Positions 1 through 11,916 of a stretch of 64,000 nucleotides of DNA are shown here, piece after piece. Position numbers and translations under genes: made by a program. The notes below the pieces were generated by a model that had not been told where the DNA came from, ran no database searches, and saw nothing but the letters and a program-made list of their open reading frames with translations. The stretch comes from Bacillota bacterium (GTDB lineage: Bacteria; Bacillota; Sulfobacillia; Fermentithermobacillales; Fermentithermobacillaceae). The DNA is taken from positions 1,199 through 65,198 of the forward strand of contig JAXGOJ010000009.1 in the NCBI GenBank assembly GCA_040767525.1. The letters run 5' to 3'. Position 1 is the stretch's first letter; each line of letters opens with the position of its first letter.

Positions 1-31
1 CTAAGAACACGTCATATGCCAGTCCAGCCAC
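1..31 (-). CDS. 5' end of next gene, probably tRNA-guanine transglycosylase (tgt), cut by window edge
   Basis: GAGGG RBS then GTG GCT GGA CTG GCA TAT running off the window; identity rests only on the usual queA-tgt order. Confidence 0.35.
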   Translation of the reverse strand, partial: MAGLAYDVFL

Positions 32-53
32 AATCGTCCCTCTTTCTATATAT

Positions 54-1085
54 CTATAAAACAAGCATAGCATCACCAAATGAAAAAAACCTGTATTTCT
101 CCTTTACAGCCTCCCGGTAAGCTTCCATGATCAAGTCTTTGCCTGCAAATGCACAAACAAGCATGAGCAATGTGGACTTGGGAAGGTGAAAGTTGGTAAT
201 CAAGCAGTCTACGACTCTGAACTGAAAGCCCGGGTATATGAAAATATCAGTGTCGCCTTTATATGGGCTTACAATACCATTTGTGTCACATGCACTCTCA
301 AGGGCTCTGACTGCAGTGGTGCCTACAGCAAGTATCCTGCGCCCTGCAGTCTTGGCCCGGTTGACTTCAGAGGCTGTGTTTTCGCTTATCTCAAAATATT
401 CTTTGTGCATTTGGTGTCGCTCAATATTTTCCTCTGTAACAGGCCTGAAAGTTCCAAGGCCCACGTTCAAAGTTACAGGCGCCACGCTTATGCCCCTGGC
501 TGAGATAGCGCTCAGCAATTCAGGTGTAAAATGAAGTCCTGCAGTTGAAGCTTGCTGCAGAACCCGTATCCAGGCATAAACAGTCTGGTACCTTTCCAGG
601 GTCCTTAAGGGGCACCTTAATATATGGAGGTAACGGAACATTCCCAACACGCTCAAGGACATCTTCCCACTTACCTAGTGGCTGAACCTGACTAACCTTC
701 CTCCGAATGGCGTCCTTGCTTCCACAGTGCCAATTATCTCGGAATTCTCATCCCGGCCAATGAAAACCTGCTCTCCGGGCCTTGCCTTACCCCCTGGCTT
801 GACCAGGCATTCCCATAAATCCCGGCCCACAGGGTTAAGCAAAAGGATTTCCACTTTTCCCCCGGTCTTTCGACGCCCAAACAGCCTCGCGGGTATGACC
901 CGTGTATTGTTGGTAACAAGGACATCTCCAGGGCTTACATAGAATGCAACATCTTTGAACATTCTGTGGCTTAGGGTCCCGTCTTTTCTATTAACCACCA
1001 GGAGCCACGACTTATCCCTGTCAGGTATAGGAATCTGTGCAATTAACTCCTCTGGAAGGGGATAATCAAATTCTTCGGTTTTCAT
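54..1085 (-). CDS. queA: S-adenosylmethionine:tRNA ribosyltransferase-isomerase (split by indels)
   Basis: N-part MKTEEFDYPLPEELIAQ...NNTRVIPARLFG; C-part TAGLHFT, VGTTAVRALES, TNFHLPKSTLLMLV, YRFFSFGDAM; frame break near 660-680. Confidence 0.95.
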
Positions 1086-1095
1086 TGTGATTATG

Positions 1096-2522
1096 TTACC
1101 ACCATTGTTCAATATTAGTCCCAGGATAATAGTGAATCAGTATTTACTGAAATCTGCACCTTGTTCTGCATGGCCTTGGCTCCCCACTGAGAAAGCCCTA
1201 CACCATGTCCCCAACCGCGTCCCTGGAACACAAAAGTAAGAGGTAGTCCACACTTGAAGATACAGCAAAGCTCCATTCCGGCTAGCAGACTCACAGTAGA
1301 AGCTCCAGCTACCATATACATGTTCTCAACGGTACTGATTGTATGCCATTCCCATTGTCAACTGATACCTGAAGCCCGGGGCTAAGGCACCCCAGAGTCT
1401 CTAAGTTACCACCCTTCCGGAACACAGAAAACAAAAGGCTCCTTAAATCCATAATCAATCTAAACTCGTTACCCTTGATCCTCAAATTTCCATTGCCGGA
1501 GTCTAAGTTGACTCCAAACCATCTGCCTGATACTCCCGGATCAACTCCTGTAATCATTCGAATTGGCCCTGCCATGCCGAAGAGGCCATTTTGTGCTACC
1601 GTGTCCGGGTCAAATGATACTTCCACTGGGAATAGGGAGATGAGTGAGGCACCTCTTCTACCCCTGTCAGATAGGGTATGGCCCTCCCCAGACAAATCTG
1701 GAATCTTCGGTCATACCCGATGCGTCAGAATGAAAATATGCAGCAGCAGGCTTTCCCAGGTAAGTCAGGATCTGCCCTCTGGTCGAAACACAAGCCTCGA
1801 TAACCCTGGGGTCTTCATATGTCATCCCCTGTAAATCTGGTCAGTTGCCCATATTCTGATGTCTTCAGGGCCTAAAGTTCGCCTGTGAACCAACGCTCTG
1901 TTGGAAATCTCAGAAGAACCGCCAGGTGAACAGGTTTTGTAAAGGGCATAGGTCCGGGAGGCTACTGCCTGGGTTTTAGAACCTCACCTGTCCACAGGTT
2001 TGGAATCTCACATGATACCACTGACCACAAATACTCTTCCATGCCCAGCAGATTGGCAACTACCAAGTTTCCACCATCAGCCATGATGACTGCGGTTCCC
2101 CTGAAAGACCTGCCTGTTAAATTGGAGTTAGGGTTCTTTTCCTTAACTACAGTAAAATGCCCGTTTTTTTCAGGTAGAGGAGTGATAATCACCGGGCCTG
2201 GAGTCTGAGCACTCCAGCTAATATCTGAGGATGCTGATTCAGTAATAGCAATCTTGCCGTTTACGAGCTCGAAAGTAACCGTATCTTGGGTAGATACCTG
2301 AACACTGAGGCCGTCTGCAAATACCTGGTAGCTGTCGGAAAACACAAGGGAAACATGAGTGCACCTGGAGAGCCCCACTAAAATCTCAGGTTCGCTCTCT
2401 GAATAACCGGCAGATTCTCCGGCATATGCGTAGTTGATAGGAGGCAAAATTCCTGCAATTGCAATGATAGCAACTACAAGACACAAGACAAGTACGTTTT
2501 TTATCGCCTTCGAATTAACCAT
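1096..2522 (-). CDS. SpoIID/LytB domain protein (several indels)
   Basis: Signal-like N-terminus, FRGTAVI...VANLLGMEEYLWSVVSCE, C-terminal GRGWGHGVGLSQWGA and ...HYYPGT in shifted frames. Confidence 0.85.
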
Positions 2523-2725
2523 AGTAGAATCGTAAGTCCCAGGCTTAGAAGGATGCAAGTAGCCAGAGGAAAGTAAAACGTGAAATTCCCCCGCCTGATG
2601 ACAATGTCTCCAGGCAACCTGCCTAGATTGAAAAATCTGCCGCCCAAAAGGAACAATGTTCCGAGCAGGGCCAGGAAAGCGCCAAGAATAACTAACATAC
2701 GGCCGATTTCACCAAAGCCTGGCAC
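2501..2725 (-). CDS. DUF2905 small membrane protein (YrzS-like)
   Basis: LGRLPGDIVIRRGNFTFYFPLATCILLS motif; usual position after ruvB. Confidence 0.88.
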   Translation of the reverse strand: MPGFGEIGRMLVILGAFLALLGTLFLLGGRFFNLGRLPGDIVIRRGNFTFYFPLATCILLSLGLTILLWLIRRR

Positions 2726-2726
2726 C

Positions 2727-3251
2727 TTAACGGTCACCTCCCATGCTGAATTCACATCCGCAATACTTTTGCATATACATATGGTTTCCTCTTGCCATTT
2801 GCCGTGATCGCAGGTATCCCCGCCTTAGATCCCCGTAGACAAATGGTATTTCATACTCACCGGAGACTTTCTCCATGCTTTTCAGGAGCCCATCATGGTC
2901 TTGATAAGGACTCACCAGCAAAGTAGTGGAAAAAGCATCATACCCTTCTTCTTTTGCAAGACACGCGGTCTTTTTCAACCTCACATGGTAACACATCCTG
3001 CAACGAACCGGTTTACTCAAATCTCCGGACACAGCTTTAAGCCATTCTTCGTGAGGTACCACAATACGCCTGGCATTGAGGTTGGTTTCTTCCGACCACA
3101 TTGCGTAGGTATGCCACCGTTTTTCTTCCTCTTGCACCGGATATATGTTTGGGTTAAAGTACAGTCCGTCTACAAAATACCCCTGAGCCCTGAAGAAGTG
3201 AAAAGGGTAGGTTGTACACGGGCCACAGCATGAATGGAGAAGAAGTCTCAA
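2727..3251 (-). CDS. queH: Epoxyqueuosine reductase QueH (DUF208)
   Basis: [42 protein letters not shown]. Confidence 0.93.
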   Translation of the reverse strand: MRLLLHSCCGPCTTYPFHFFRAQGYFVDGLYFNPNIYPVQEEEKRWHTYAMWSEETNLNARRIVVPHEEWLKAVSGDLSKPVRCRMCYHVRLKKTACLAKEEGYDAFSTTLLVSPYQDHDGLLKSMEKVSGEYEIPFVYGDLRRGYLRSRQMARGNHMYMQKYCGCEFSMGGDR

Positions 3252-4276
3252 AGGTCCTCAAAAAGCCCCTTTCCGGTAACCTTCTCACCTGTCACATATT
3301 GAATAGCCTTCTGGGTTGCCACTCTTCCTCTCGGTGTCCTTTCCAAAAAGCCCATCTGTAGTAAGTATGGCTCATAAACATCTTCAATGGTACCCGGATC
3401 TTCACTTAGACAAGCAGCCAGAGTAGATAATCCCACAGGCCCTCCGTCATAGTTGTTTATTATGGCAGAAAGGATCATCCGATCCAGCCCGTCCAGTCCG
3501 TAAGGGTCAATATCCAAGAGTGCAAGGGATTCCATTGCCGCTTGCCTGTCAATCCGGCCGTCTCCTTTTACCTGAGCATAGTCACGGACCCTTCTTAGCA
3601 ACCTATTAGCAATCCTGGGAGTACCTCTGGACCTTTTGGCAATCTCCATTGCTCCCTCGTCTTGTATGTAAACTCCAAGTATTTTGGCGGAGCGCAAAAC
3701 TACCTCAGAAGCTCCGGAATCCGTGTAAAACTCGAGACGAAAGGATATTCCGAATCTGTCACGCAAGGGTGACGTTAGAAGCCCGCTCCGTGTAGTAGCG
3801 GCAACAAGGGTAAACCTGGGGAGTTTAAGACGGTAAGTCCTTGCGGCAGGCCCTTTTCCGGCAATCCAATCGAAAGAAAAATCCTCCATGGCGGGATACA
3901 AGGCCTCTTCAGCTTGATGGTTTAGCCTGTGAATTTCATCAATAAACAAAACATCCCTGTCTTCAAGGCTTGTTAAGATGGCCACAAGATCTCCGGAACG
4001 TTCAATAGCAGGCCCTGATGTAACTCTGATTCCCACTCCAAGCTCATTTGCGATTATGTGAGCTAAAGTGGTCTTACCCAATCCAGGCGGGCCTGAGAGC
4101 AACACGTGGTCCACAGCATCTTGCCGTTGCCTGGCCGCTTCGATATATACTTCCAAATTCTCCTTTATTCGCTCCTGCCCTATATACTCACCAAGGCTTA
4201 AAGGCCTCAACGATACTTCTGCAATTTCATCTTCAGGTGTAGTCTGTCTTGATATAAGAGCCCTAGAATCTGGCAA
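3248..4276 (-). CDS. ruvB: Holliday junction branch migration helicase RuvB
   Basis: [40 protein letters not shown]. Confidence 0.98.
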   Translation of the reverse strand: MPDSRALISRQTTPEDEIAEVSLRPLSLGEYIGQERIKENLEVYIEAARQRQDAVDHVLLSGPPGLGKTTLAHIIANELGVGIRVTSGPAIERSGDLVAILTSLEDRDVLFIDEIHRLNHQAEEALYPAMEDFSFDWIAGKGPAARTYRLKLPRFTLVAATTRSGLLTSPLRDRFGISFRLEFYTDSGASEVVLRSAKILGVYIQDEGAMEIAKRSRGTPRIANRLLRRVRDYAQVKGDGRIDRQAAMESLALLDIDPYGLDGLDRMILSAIINNYDGGPVGLSTLAACLSEDPGTIEDVYEPYLLQMGFLERTPRGRVATQKAIQYVTGEKVTGKGLFEDL

Positions 4277-4850
4277 GATACTTCAACGCCTCCCGAAGCA
4301 GTGTTTCAAGGTCAGAGTCAGAAACAGTCTCGCTGGCACGCAAAAGTGCCGTATCAGTTTCTTGCCTTGTGTATCCGAGGGCCAAAAGGGCCTCGGCTGC
4401 TTCATCAATTATAACAGGTTGTCCCACAGCCAGACCTGTTTCGCCTTTTGGCAGCCCAATCTTATCTCTGAGTTCCACGATTATCCTACCGGCAGTTTTC
4501 TTTCCTATTCCGGGAAGCCGAGTCAGCACTCTCTCGTCTCTGGATAAGACAGCTTTGTAAAACTCCTGAACTGGAAGAGACGACAAACCACCTACTGCTG
4601 TCCTGGGCCCTACGCCCCGAACCGTCAGAAGCATATCAAAAAGAGCCCGATCTTCAAGGTTCCGAAATCCGTACAAATGCCAGCCGTCATCACGGACGAG
4701 AAGCCGGGTATGCAAGTGAACCTCCTCATCAACCTGCAGGCTGCTGCAAAGGCCTGAAGGGATATTTACCTCAAACCCTACACCGCCCACCATGACAGTC
4801 ACATTATCTTTACCCTTTGGGATTACAGTTCCTATAATCTTTGATATCAT
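4263..4850 (-). CDS. ruvA: Holliday junction branch migration protein RuvA
   Basis: [41 protein letters not shown]. Confidence 0.97.
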   Translation of the reverse strand: MISKIIGTVIPKGKDNVTVMVGGVGFEVNIPSGLCSSLQVDEEVHLHTRLLVRDDGWHLYGFRNLEDRALFDMLLTVRGVGPRTAVGGLSSLPVQEFYKAVLSRDERVLTRLPGIGKKTAGRIIVELRDKIGLPKGETGLAVGQPVIIDEAAEALLALGYTRQETDTALLRASETVSDSDLETLLREALKYLARF

Positions 4851-5374
4851 CTATTTGTTTCCTTTTCTATAGGTGTTCTCTGGCTGCGCGCGACAACTGC
4901 CCTGAAGGATCTCTTAATCCCGGCTGATACGGCTACAGCCAGGGCGTCGCAAACATCATCAGGCCTCGGGATTCTGGGCAGGCCCAAAATGCTCTTTACC
5001 ATTACTCCTACTTGTTCCTTAGTTGCATTGCCGTAGCCAACTATAGATGATTTTACCTGCAAAGGAGTCACTTCTTCCAGTGGTATGCCCCTCATGCCGC
5101 CAACCAGCAAACATACACCCCTGCCATGTCCAACTGCAATGGCCGTCCTGGCATTCTTGGCAAAAAACAGTTCCTCTACTGCGAGAAGATCAGGGGAATA
5201 CTTGTTCACCAATGAAGTCAGGCTCTCATAAATAATCAAAAGCCTCGAGGGGAGGTCTTCTTTCTTGCCGGTAACTATGCATCCGTAATCAACTGCGGTG
5301 AACTCCTGGCCTTTCGAGTCGACGACACCCCAGCCTGTCCTCTGGATACCGGGATCAATTCCCAGAATTCGCAT
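4847..5374 (-). CDS. ruvC: Crossover junction endodeoxyribonuclease RuvC
   Basis: ILGIDPG, AVEELFFAKN, GYGNATKEQV, PDDVCDALAVA. Confidence 0.97.
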   Translation of the reverse strand: MRILGIDPGIQRTGWGVVDSKGQEFTAVDYGCIVTGKKEDLPSRLLIIYESLTSLVNKYSPDLLAVEELFFAKNARTAIAVGHGRGVCLLVGGMRGIPLEEVTPLQVKSSIVGYGNATKEQVGVMVKSILGLPRIPRPDDVCDALAVAVSAGIKRSFRAVVARSQRTPIEKETNR

Positions 5375-5404
5375 AATAATACCCCCGAATAGGGGTTCGA
5401 CGGG

Positions 5405-5965
5405 TTAGTCTGTGATTCCTTCCAGATATGATTTCACCAGGGCATCAAGATTATCTGGGTCTTCGTCAAAAAGCACAACTCCGGTTTTCAGTCTCTCAAG
5501 AGTTTCTTTGTGAATAATCAGGGACTCTTTTATGTCTTTCAAATTATAAACAATATACCGTTCATCAACGACCTGGCCTCGAAAAACCATTACGTTTCCC
5601 CGGTGTATTTTGATTAAACGATAATGCTTGTGGTTAGGGCACCAGTCGTCAACTACCTTCAGCAACTGAACTGTCTCCGGGTTCTTTCCTATGGCACTCC
5701 AATCTTCAGACAGGGATGCAATGAGAGTATCCAGTCCCCCCTGGTCTATGTCCTCAGTGATTGCGCTGGTATCATCACATTTTTGATACCTGGTGATATA
5801 AGTAACCCGCACTGGGGAAACCCCGGCGCCATGGTTGCTAGGGTTCGGAAATACCAATCTTTCCCATAGGGGCCTTCCCAGAAATATTCCTCCGCCCAGG
5901 GCAATCAACGCAAACCCAATCAAAACCAGGGGTTTTCCGGAATAACGGTGATTTTCTGTCATCAT
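5405..5965 (-). CDS. Membrane-anchored protein, probably BofC-like
   Basis: N-terminal TM, Y..CD and C..H pattern, LERLKTGV C-terminus; position upstream of ruv genes as for bofC. Confidence 0.6.
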   Translation of the reverse strand: MMTENHRYSGKPLVLIGFALIALGGGIFLGRPLWERLVFPNPSNHGAGVSPVRVTYITRYQKCDDTSAITEDIDQGGLDTLIASLSEDWSAIGKNPETVQLLKVVDDWCPNHKHYRLIKIHRGNVMVFRGQVVDERYIVYNLKDIKESLIIHKETLERLKTGVVLFDEDPDNLDALVKSYLEGITD

Positions 5966-5985
5966 TCCCTCCCTCCAGGCAAATA

Positions 5986-6015
5986 TAGGATTTCCCTGGA
6001 AACAGAGGGATATTC
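5986..6015 (-). promoter_or_regulatory. Putative SigF/SigG-type promoter of the bofC-like gene
   Basis: GAATA-N15-GGAAATCCTA, resembling the B. subtilis SigF consensus. Confidence 0.4.
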
Positions 6016-6023
6016 ACCGCTGC

Positions 6024-6770
6024 TTAAGCGTTCTGATCCAGTATATCCTCGGGTATATCGAAGTTCGCATAAACCCGGGAAACATCATCGTGAGATTCAA
6101 GCAGGTCAAAAAGAGTAAGCATTTTCGACGCATCAGCCCCGTCGAGATTTACATACGTCTTGGGTAACATAGTCAGTTCAGCCGTCTGCACCGCGGCACC
6201 CGCTTCTTCCAGTTTTACTTTTACCTGCTCCAATTCAGTTGGTTCTGTAAACACCTCGTAAATGTCTTCCTCGGTTTGCATGTCAAGAGCTCCTGCCTCG
6301 ATACACATCTCCAGAGCATCTTCTTCTGTAAGATCCCTTTTTTCAATGACAATATAACCACGTTGATCAAAGGTCCACGCAACAGCTCCGACTTCAGCTA
6401 ATTTGCCCCCGTACTTTGAAAATAAGTGCCTTATCTCAGAAGCTGTACGGTTACGGTTATCTGTAGCCGCTTCCGCAAGGACTGCAACTCCGCCCGGCCC
6501 GTACCCTTCATAAGTAATCTCTTCGATTTGACCGCCTTCTACTTCGCCTGTTCCTCTCTTGACAGACCTCGTTATGCTGTCCATTGGGACATTGGCTTGC
6601 CGTGCCTTGTCTATGGCCATCTTCAGCCTGAAGTTGGTATCGGGATTGCCGCCGCCATGACGGGCCGCAAGCATAACGTCTCTTAACGCCTTTGAGATAA
6701 TATTTGATCGCTGTGCATCTACTTTGGCTTTTTTTCGCTTAATATTTGCCCATTTTGAATGCCCTGACAA
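6024..6770 (-). CDS. yebC: YebC/PmpR family protein
   Basis: MSGHSKWANIK, YEGYGPGGVA, TDNRNRT, DDVSRVYAN. Confidence 0.97.
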   Translation of the reverse strand: MSGHSKWANIKRKKAKVDAQRSNIISKALRDVMLAARHGGGNPDTNFRLKMAIDKARQANVPMDSITRSVKRGTGEVEGGQIEEITYEGYGPGGVAVLAEAATDNRNRTASEIRHLFSKYGGKLAEVGAVAWTFDQRGYIVIEKRDLTEEDALEMCIEAGALDMQTEEDIYEVFTEPTELEQVKVKLEEAGAAVQTAELTMLPKTYVNLDGADASKMLTLFDLLESHDDVSRVYANFDIPEDILDQNA

Positions 6771-6773
6771 AAC

Positions 6774-7519
6774 TCATTCCTCCTTAAGTCCTGTGCCAAA
6801 ATGCGGAATCGGGGGAAGGGTCCTTTTGTGCTCACTTCTCTTGTGCATCTGTAGAATCCTTGTCTCGGCCTCCCTGGGTATCTTCTCACCCTTAAGATAT
6901 CCATCAAGGTCTTTATAAGTAACACCCATTTCCTTTTCGTCGGTCTGTCCTTCCCATAGGCCACCTGAGGGCACTTTCTCCACAATCTTCTCGGGAACCC
7001 CTAAGGAATCTGGAAAGTGCTTTTACCTCTTCCTTTGTAAGGCCACCCAGGGGTTGAATATCAACTCCCCCATCACCATGCTTTGTGAAATAGCCTACAA
7101 ACCGTTCAGATTTATTGGTTGTCCCCACTACAATGTAATTCATCTGGCTGGCATAGTAATACAGGGTAGCCATCCTGAGCCGGGGCTTCAGATTAGCCTG
7201 GGACAAGTTTAAATCACCCTGCCCTTCAGGCAAGATCTTCTTGAAAGTTTCAAAAACCGGAGTCAGATCCACAACCTCATACTTACAATCAAAATGGCTA
7301 AGCACATCTACAGCATCATGAACATCACTGTTCTCGGAACCGCATGGCATCACCAACCCCAGGCAGTTCTCGTTCCATGCCTGCCCGGCCAGTGCGACTA
7401 CCAATGCCGAATCTATCCCTCCTGAGACGCCGAAGACTCCGCCTTTTACCCCTGCAGAAAGACTAGTTTCCTTCATCCAATCTACAATATAGCCGTAGCA
7501 TTTCCCGGATATTTTTCAA
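6774..7519 (-). CDS. nadE: NH3-dependent NAD+ synthetase (split by indels)
   Basis: GVSGGIDSA, NLKPRLRMATLYY, GYFTKHGDGG; shifted C-part PSGGLWEGQTDEKEMGVTY...SEHKR; GGAGGTG RBS with TTG at 7519. Confidence 0.93.
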
Positions 7520-7596
7520 CTATGACACCTCCAGGGAGTCCTACATAAACATTATCATCCAGATAGGACGTACTTGTGAAGAGTTCCGGAAAAAGA

Positions 7597-8253
7597 TCAC
7601 GGGCTCTTGTAAGGAACGGTTAGGTAGGTGTCAGGAACCTTTCCGGGTATTAGGACTGTGGCCAAGGGAATATCGGTTGAAACCTGAGACTTTGAAGATA
7701 TAAGGGGAATAACTACCTGTAACGTATATGTCACACGTAAGGTTATGTCATACTTTATCTGATTGATTCCTGTAACCTCGAAACTGTCCAACACTTTGAC
7801 ACTGACATAACCGTAAGGAATCAAAGTCACCTTTATCCTGGGGCCCACAGATGCAAAAATGCTCGAGCCAATAGCTTGCCCCAGAGGAACGTAAATGTGA
7901 AACCCTTCGAGATTAGCTATAGCCTCCTGAAGAACTGAAAGGGATTCAGACTGGATTTGGTTAAGGTCTGCAGTATTGGTTTGAACATACAAGAGTTGCC
8001 CCTCGTCTCCAACGTGGAAATCCAAGAGCCTTTTTCCTGCAAGGAGGGTGTCGATGTGGCCACTTACTGCACTAATGATTGCTTCATTTGCAATAGCTGC
8101 AACCTGGGATTCTGATATGGCTATTAAGGTTGGAATAATGCTTCTTTCCAAAGCCATCAAACACCATGAAAATAGGATGCCCAGCCCCAGAAAAATGGCC
8201 AGGGGCTTACTGATTGGCTTTTTGCTGTTTAGAAACCTCTTCCTGAAAATAAT
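7597..8253 (-). CDS. yunB: Sporulation protein YunB
   Basis: YVPLGQ..GPRIKV..P.G, SFEVTGINQ, VVIPL, IPGKVP; frame extends upstream through a TM segment to ATT codons after an AAGGGAG RBS. Confidence 0.88.
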   Translation of the reverse strand: MIFRKRFLNSKKPISKPLAIFLGLGILFSWCLMALERSIIPTLIAISESQVAAIANEAIISAVSGHIDTLLAGKRLLDFHVGDEGQLLYVQTNTADLNQIQSESLSVLQEAIANLEGFHIYVPLGQAIGSSIFASVGPRIKVTLIPYGYVSVKVLDSFEVTGINQIKYDITLRVTYTLQVVIPLISSKSQVSTDIPLATVLIPGKVPDTYLTVPYKSP

Positions 8254-8337
8254 GAAAAGCTCCCTTAATTAAAAGTAGCTTTTCATTATTATGCAGGTAT
8301 ATGATCTAAAGTTCGTAAAAATATAAAGAACGAACCG

Positions 8338-9575
8338 CTAATCTACTCTGATTCTGCAAATTCGCCGTTTCCCCACTTGAAGCAACAGCCCATTTTTTAT
8401 TTCAATTAGTGTTGATTCATCGTCTGCTTTCTCTTCGTTTACCCTTACTGCCCCACTCTTAATAAGCCGCCTGGCTTCAGATGAAGAAGGTGCAAGGCCG
8501 GACATAGACAAAAGCCTGGCCAGGCCGAGAGTATCTCCGGGAGCAACCCCTGCCAGGGTGACTACTTCAATATCCTCTGGAAGAGAGTCTTGCCTGAATA
8601 CACGCAAAAAGCTCTCTTCTGCAGATTTTGCTGCCTGAAGTCCGTAGAACTCAGTCACAATTCTTCTAGCCAATTCCATTTTTGCATCCATGGGATGACG
8701 CTTGCCCGATTCAATACTTTGGATCAATTTCTCCGTAAAACTGGCAGGTTCGCCAAGCACCAGCTCGTAGTAGTCGCCCATAACCCCGTCTGGAATAGAC
8801 ATAGCCTTGCCGTACATATCGTTTGGCTCATCTGTCACTCCTATATAGTTGCCCAGGCTCTTAGACATCTTGTCTTTACCGTCAGTTCCCACCAAAAGAG
8901 GCGTTGTGAGTGCAATTTGAGGGTCTTGCCCGTACTGTGGCTGTATATCCCTGCCTACCAGGAGATTGAAGGTCTGATCGGTACCGCCAAGTTCTACATC
9001 TGCCCCAATTGCAACAGAATCATATGCTTGAGCCAGAGGGTACAAAAACTCATGAATCCCGATAGGGAGAGGCCTTCTGTGTAGCGCTTGCTGAAATCAT
9101 CTCTTTCAATCATCCGGGCTACTGTAAATTTTGACGAAAAGGGCTATCAATTCGCTAAACGTTAGGGGCGATAACCAGGAAAAATTGAACACTACATGAG
9201 TTTTCTCAGGATCCAAAATCAGTGTTGCCTGTTCATGATAAGTCTTTTTGCATTGGCCTCAATTTCGTCTCTTGAAAGCGCCGCCTTGTCTTGGATTTAC
9301 CGCTTGGGTCTCCAATCATTCCTGTAAAGTCACCGATAACAAAATACGCTTCGCCGTTTCCTGAAACTCTCTGAGTTTTCTCATTACTACCATATGGCCC
9401 AGGTGAATATCAGGAGCGCTGCAGGGTCCACTCCCAAGTTTACTTTTAAAAGGGCGCTTAATCATAAGAGTGATCGTCTGAGTTTGGCTTTGAGTTCAGT
9501 TTCTGTCACCAGCATAGCCGCTCTCCGGTTCATAATCTCAAACTGGCGATTTACCGCATCTTCTAGATTTCCCAA
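8338..9575 (-). CDS. tyrS: Tyrosine--tRNA ligase (N-half split by indels)
   Basis: [26 protein letters not shown]4-like [14 protein letters not shown]...QVGKR; AGGAGGTG RBS with TTG at 9575. Confidence 0.95.
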
Positions 9576-9774
9576 AGCGCTACACCTCCTTGGGCTTTTC
9601 GTTAGATTATACCATCCTTCCTGGCACGAAAAGCTGGCTAGGACAAAATGGTATAATGTTGACACTTTAAAGGCTCAGTTCTCGTCTAATAAACTGTGAA
9701 TAAGGTATAATTGGACTTGATAGACGAGGTCTTAAGAGCGACTATGCCTGCTTAAGGGCTGGAGGTAGAATCAA

Positions 9775-11896
9775 ATGAGAAGGAAAAAAGCAAGACGGGG
9801 ACTTCCAGAGTCTGGATTTCATCATATATCTAATGTTAGCGGTTGCTTTAGTCGGCGGAGGTTTTGCCACAGCCGTAGTGCTTTCAGCAATCCGGGACCT
9901 ACCGGCTCTTGCCAACCTTGAGCCTGAAACCAGCGAAAAAGAGATATCAATACTGTACGATCGTAGCGGAGAGATATGAGACAGAAACGAGATCTGCCGA
10001 ATATCGGGTGCCAGCCACTATCAGAGATATGCCTTCCATCTGGTTAATGCAGTGCTCGCTGCAGAGAAGACCACAGGTTTTACACTCACCCGGATTTGAC
10101 TTAAAACATTTTCAGAGCCCTTTACCAGAACCTAAGAGATGAGGCGAGCCTTCAAGGAGGCAGTACCATTACCCAGCGAGCTCCAAAATCGCTTTCCTTG
10201 AGCAAGACAGGACTCTCAAAAGAAAAGTACAGGACGCTATAGTTGCAACCCTTATGGAACGCAAGTATACAAAAAACGAAATACTAGAAATGTATTTAAA
10301 CCAAATTTCCTTTGAAGGGGCGCCTATGGAGTTGAAGCAGCAGCCAGAGCCTACTTTGACAAATCCGTTTCAGACTTGGATGTTGAAGAAGCTGCATTTT
10401 TGGCTGGCACCATAAGAGCACCTTCATACTATGGAGACAAATCAAATATTGAACAGGGCCTGATTCGGCGGAATACTGTGCTCAACCAGATGGCTGAGTA
10501 TGGCTTCATTACCCTGGATGAGGCAGAATCTTACAAAAGTAAACCTCTTAATATTATTGATTATGAGCTTATGGTGGTCGCTGAAGGCGGCTATTTCCTT
10601 GACTATGTACTGGAGCAACTTTTATCACGTTACCCTTCAGATTTGGTGTACGGCGGCGGCCTCAGGGTTTACACAACATACACCCCTGAATCTCAGAAAG
10701 CTGCTGAATCCGCAATAAAAGAAGTGCTGGACCCGGTTTTTCCTTACAAGGAAGATCAGGATAACATTGAGGCCGCCGCAGTGGTTATGGATGTAAGAAC
10801 CGGACACCTTTTGGCTCTGGTTGGGGGCAGAAAACGCGAAGGTATGCTTGGATGGAACAGGGCCATAGACGCCAAACGTCAGCCAGGTTCTTCTTTTAAA
10901 CCCATTGCAGTCTATGTTCCGGCCCTTGAAGAAGGCATGACCCCTTATACAGTAATCGATGACTCCCCGGTAACCTGGGTAGATCCGGCAACCGGAGTAA
11001 AATTTTCGCCCAGAAACTACACCCCGACATTTCAAGGCCTTGTAACCATGAGATCAGCTGTGAGACAATCACTGAACGTGGTTGCTTGTAAGGTTCAGGA
11101 TATGATAGGCCTAAGAAAAAGCCTTGAGATGTCTGAGAAACTCGGAATAACCAGCCTTGTAACAACACCCATTTCCGGCGGGCGTTCGGACCTTACCAGA
11201 TCCCTCGCTCTGGGCGGGCTCACATATGGAGTAAGCCCCCTTGATATGGCAGTTGCTTTTGGTACCATAGCTAACCGTGGGATCCAGGTTGAACCTATAT
11301 CCATACTCAAAGTGGAAGATAAAAACGGTAATATACTGGAAGAACACAGCACTGAAAGGAAGATTGTTGTTTCTGAAGAAACTGCCTATTTAATGACAAG
11401 CATGCTCCAAGATGCCCTGACTGTGTCAGGGGGAACCGGCCAGGCCGCCTATTTTGGCAGGCCGGCAGCGGGTAAGACAGGAACCACAAGTGACTGGAAA
11501 GACGCCTGGTTTTCGGGATATACCCCGGGCTCTGTTGGGATAGTCTGGATGGGCTACGATCAGGAAAAAACCATGTCACAATGGAGAATAACCGGCGGGA
11601 GTTATCCTGCAAGAATCTGGAACAAAATGATGAGGGAAATCACAGAGGGAACGCCTGTCGAAAACTTCATAAGGCCCGATTCAATAGTAGAAGTAGAAGT
11701 CTGCAACAAGACAGGCCTTTTGCCGGGCCCTTATTGCCCCAAGGACAACATAGTAAGAGACCTGGCAGTAAAAGGCAAAAAGCCAAATTCCATTTGCAAT
11801 TATCACCTTGGCCCTCCGGCTGGTGAAACTCCAGTTGAGAACGAGCCAGATGACAAGCCGGACAATAAGCCAGAGGACAGCTCCGGCGGGGACTGA
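9775..11896 (+). CDS. Class A penicillin-binding protein (PBP1A family; transglycosylase part split by indels)
   Basis: QGGSTITQ and ILEMYLNQI in upstream frames; RQPGSSFKP (SxxK), SLN, AGKTGTT in the 10376-11896 ORF. Confidence 0.93.
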
Positions 11897-11916
11897 TACC
11901 CGGGCCCCGACACAGT

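Noticed and set aside
1-5374. queH, DUF2905 and spoIID interleaved with ruv and que genes as a novel association
   Set aside because: This order is common in Clostridia-like genomes
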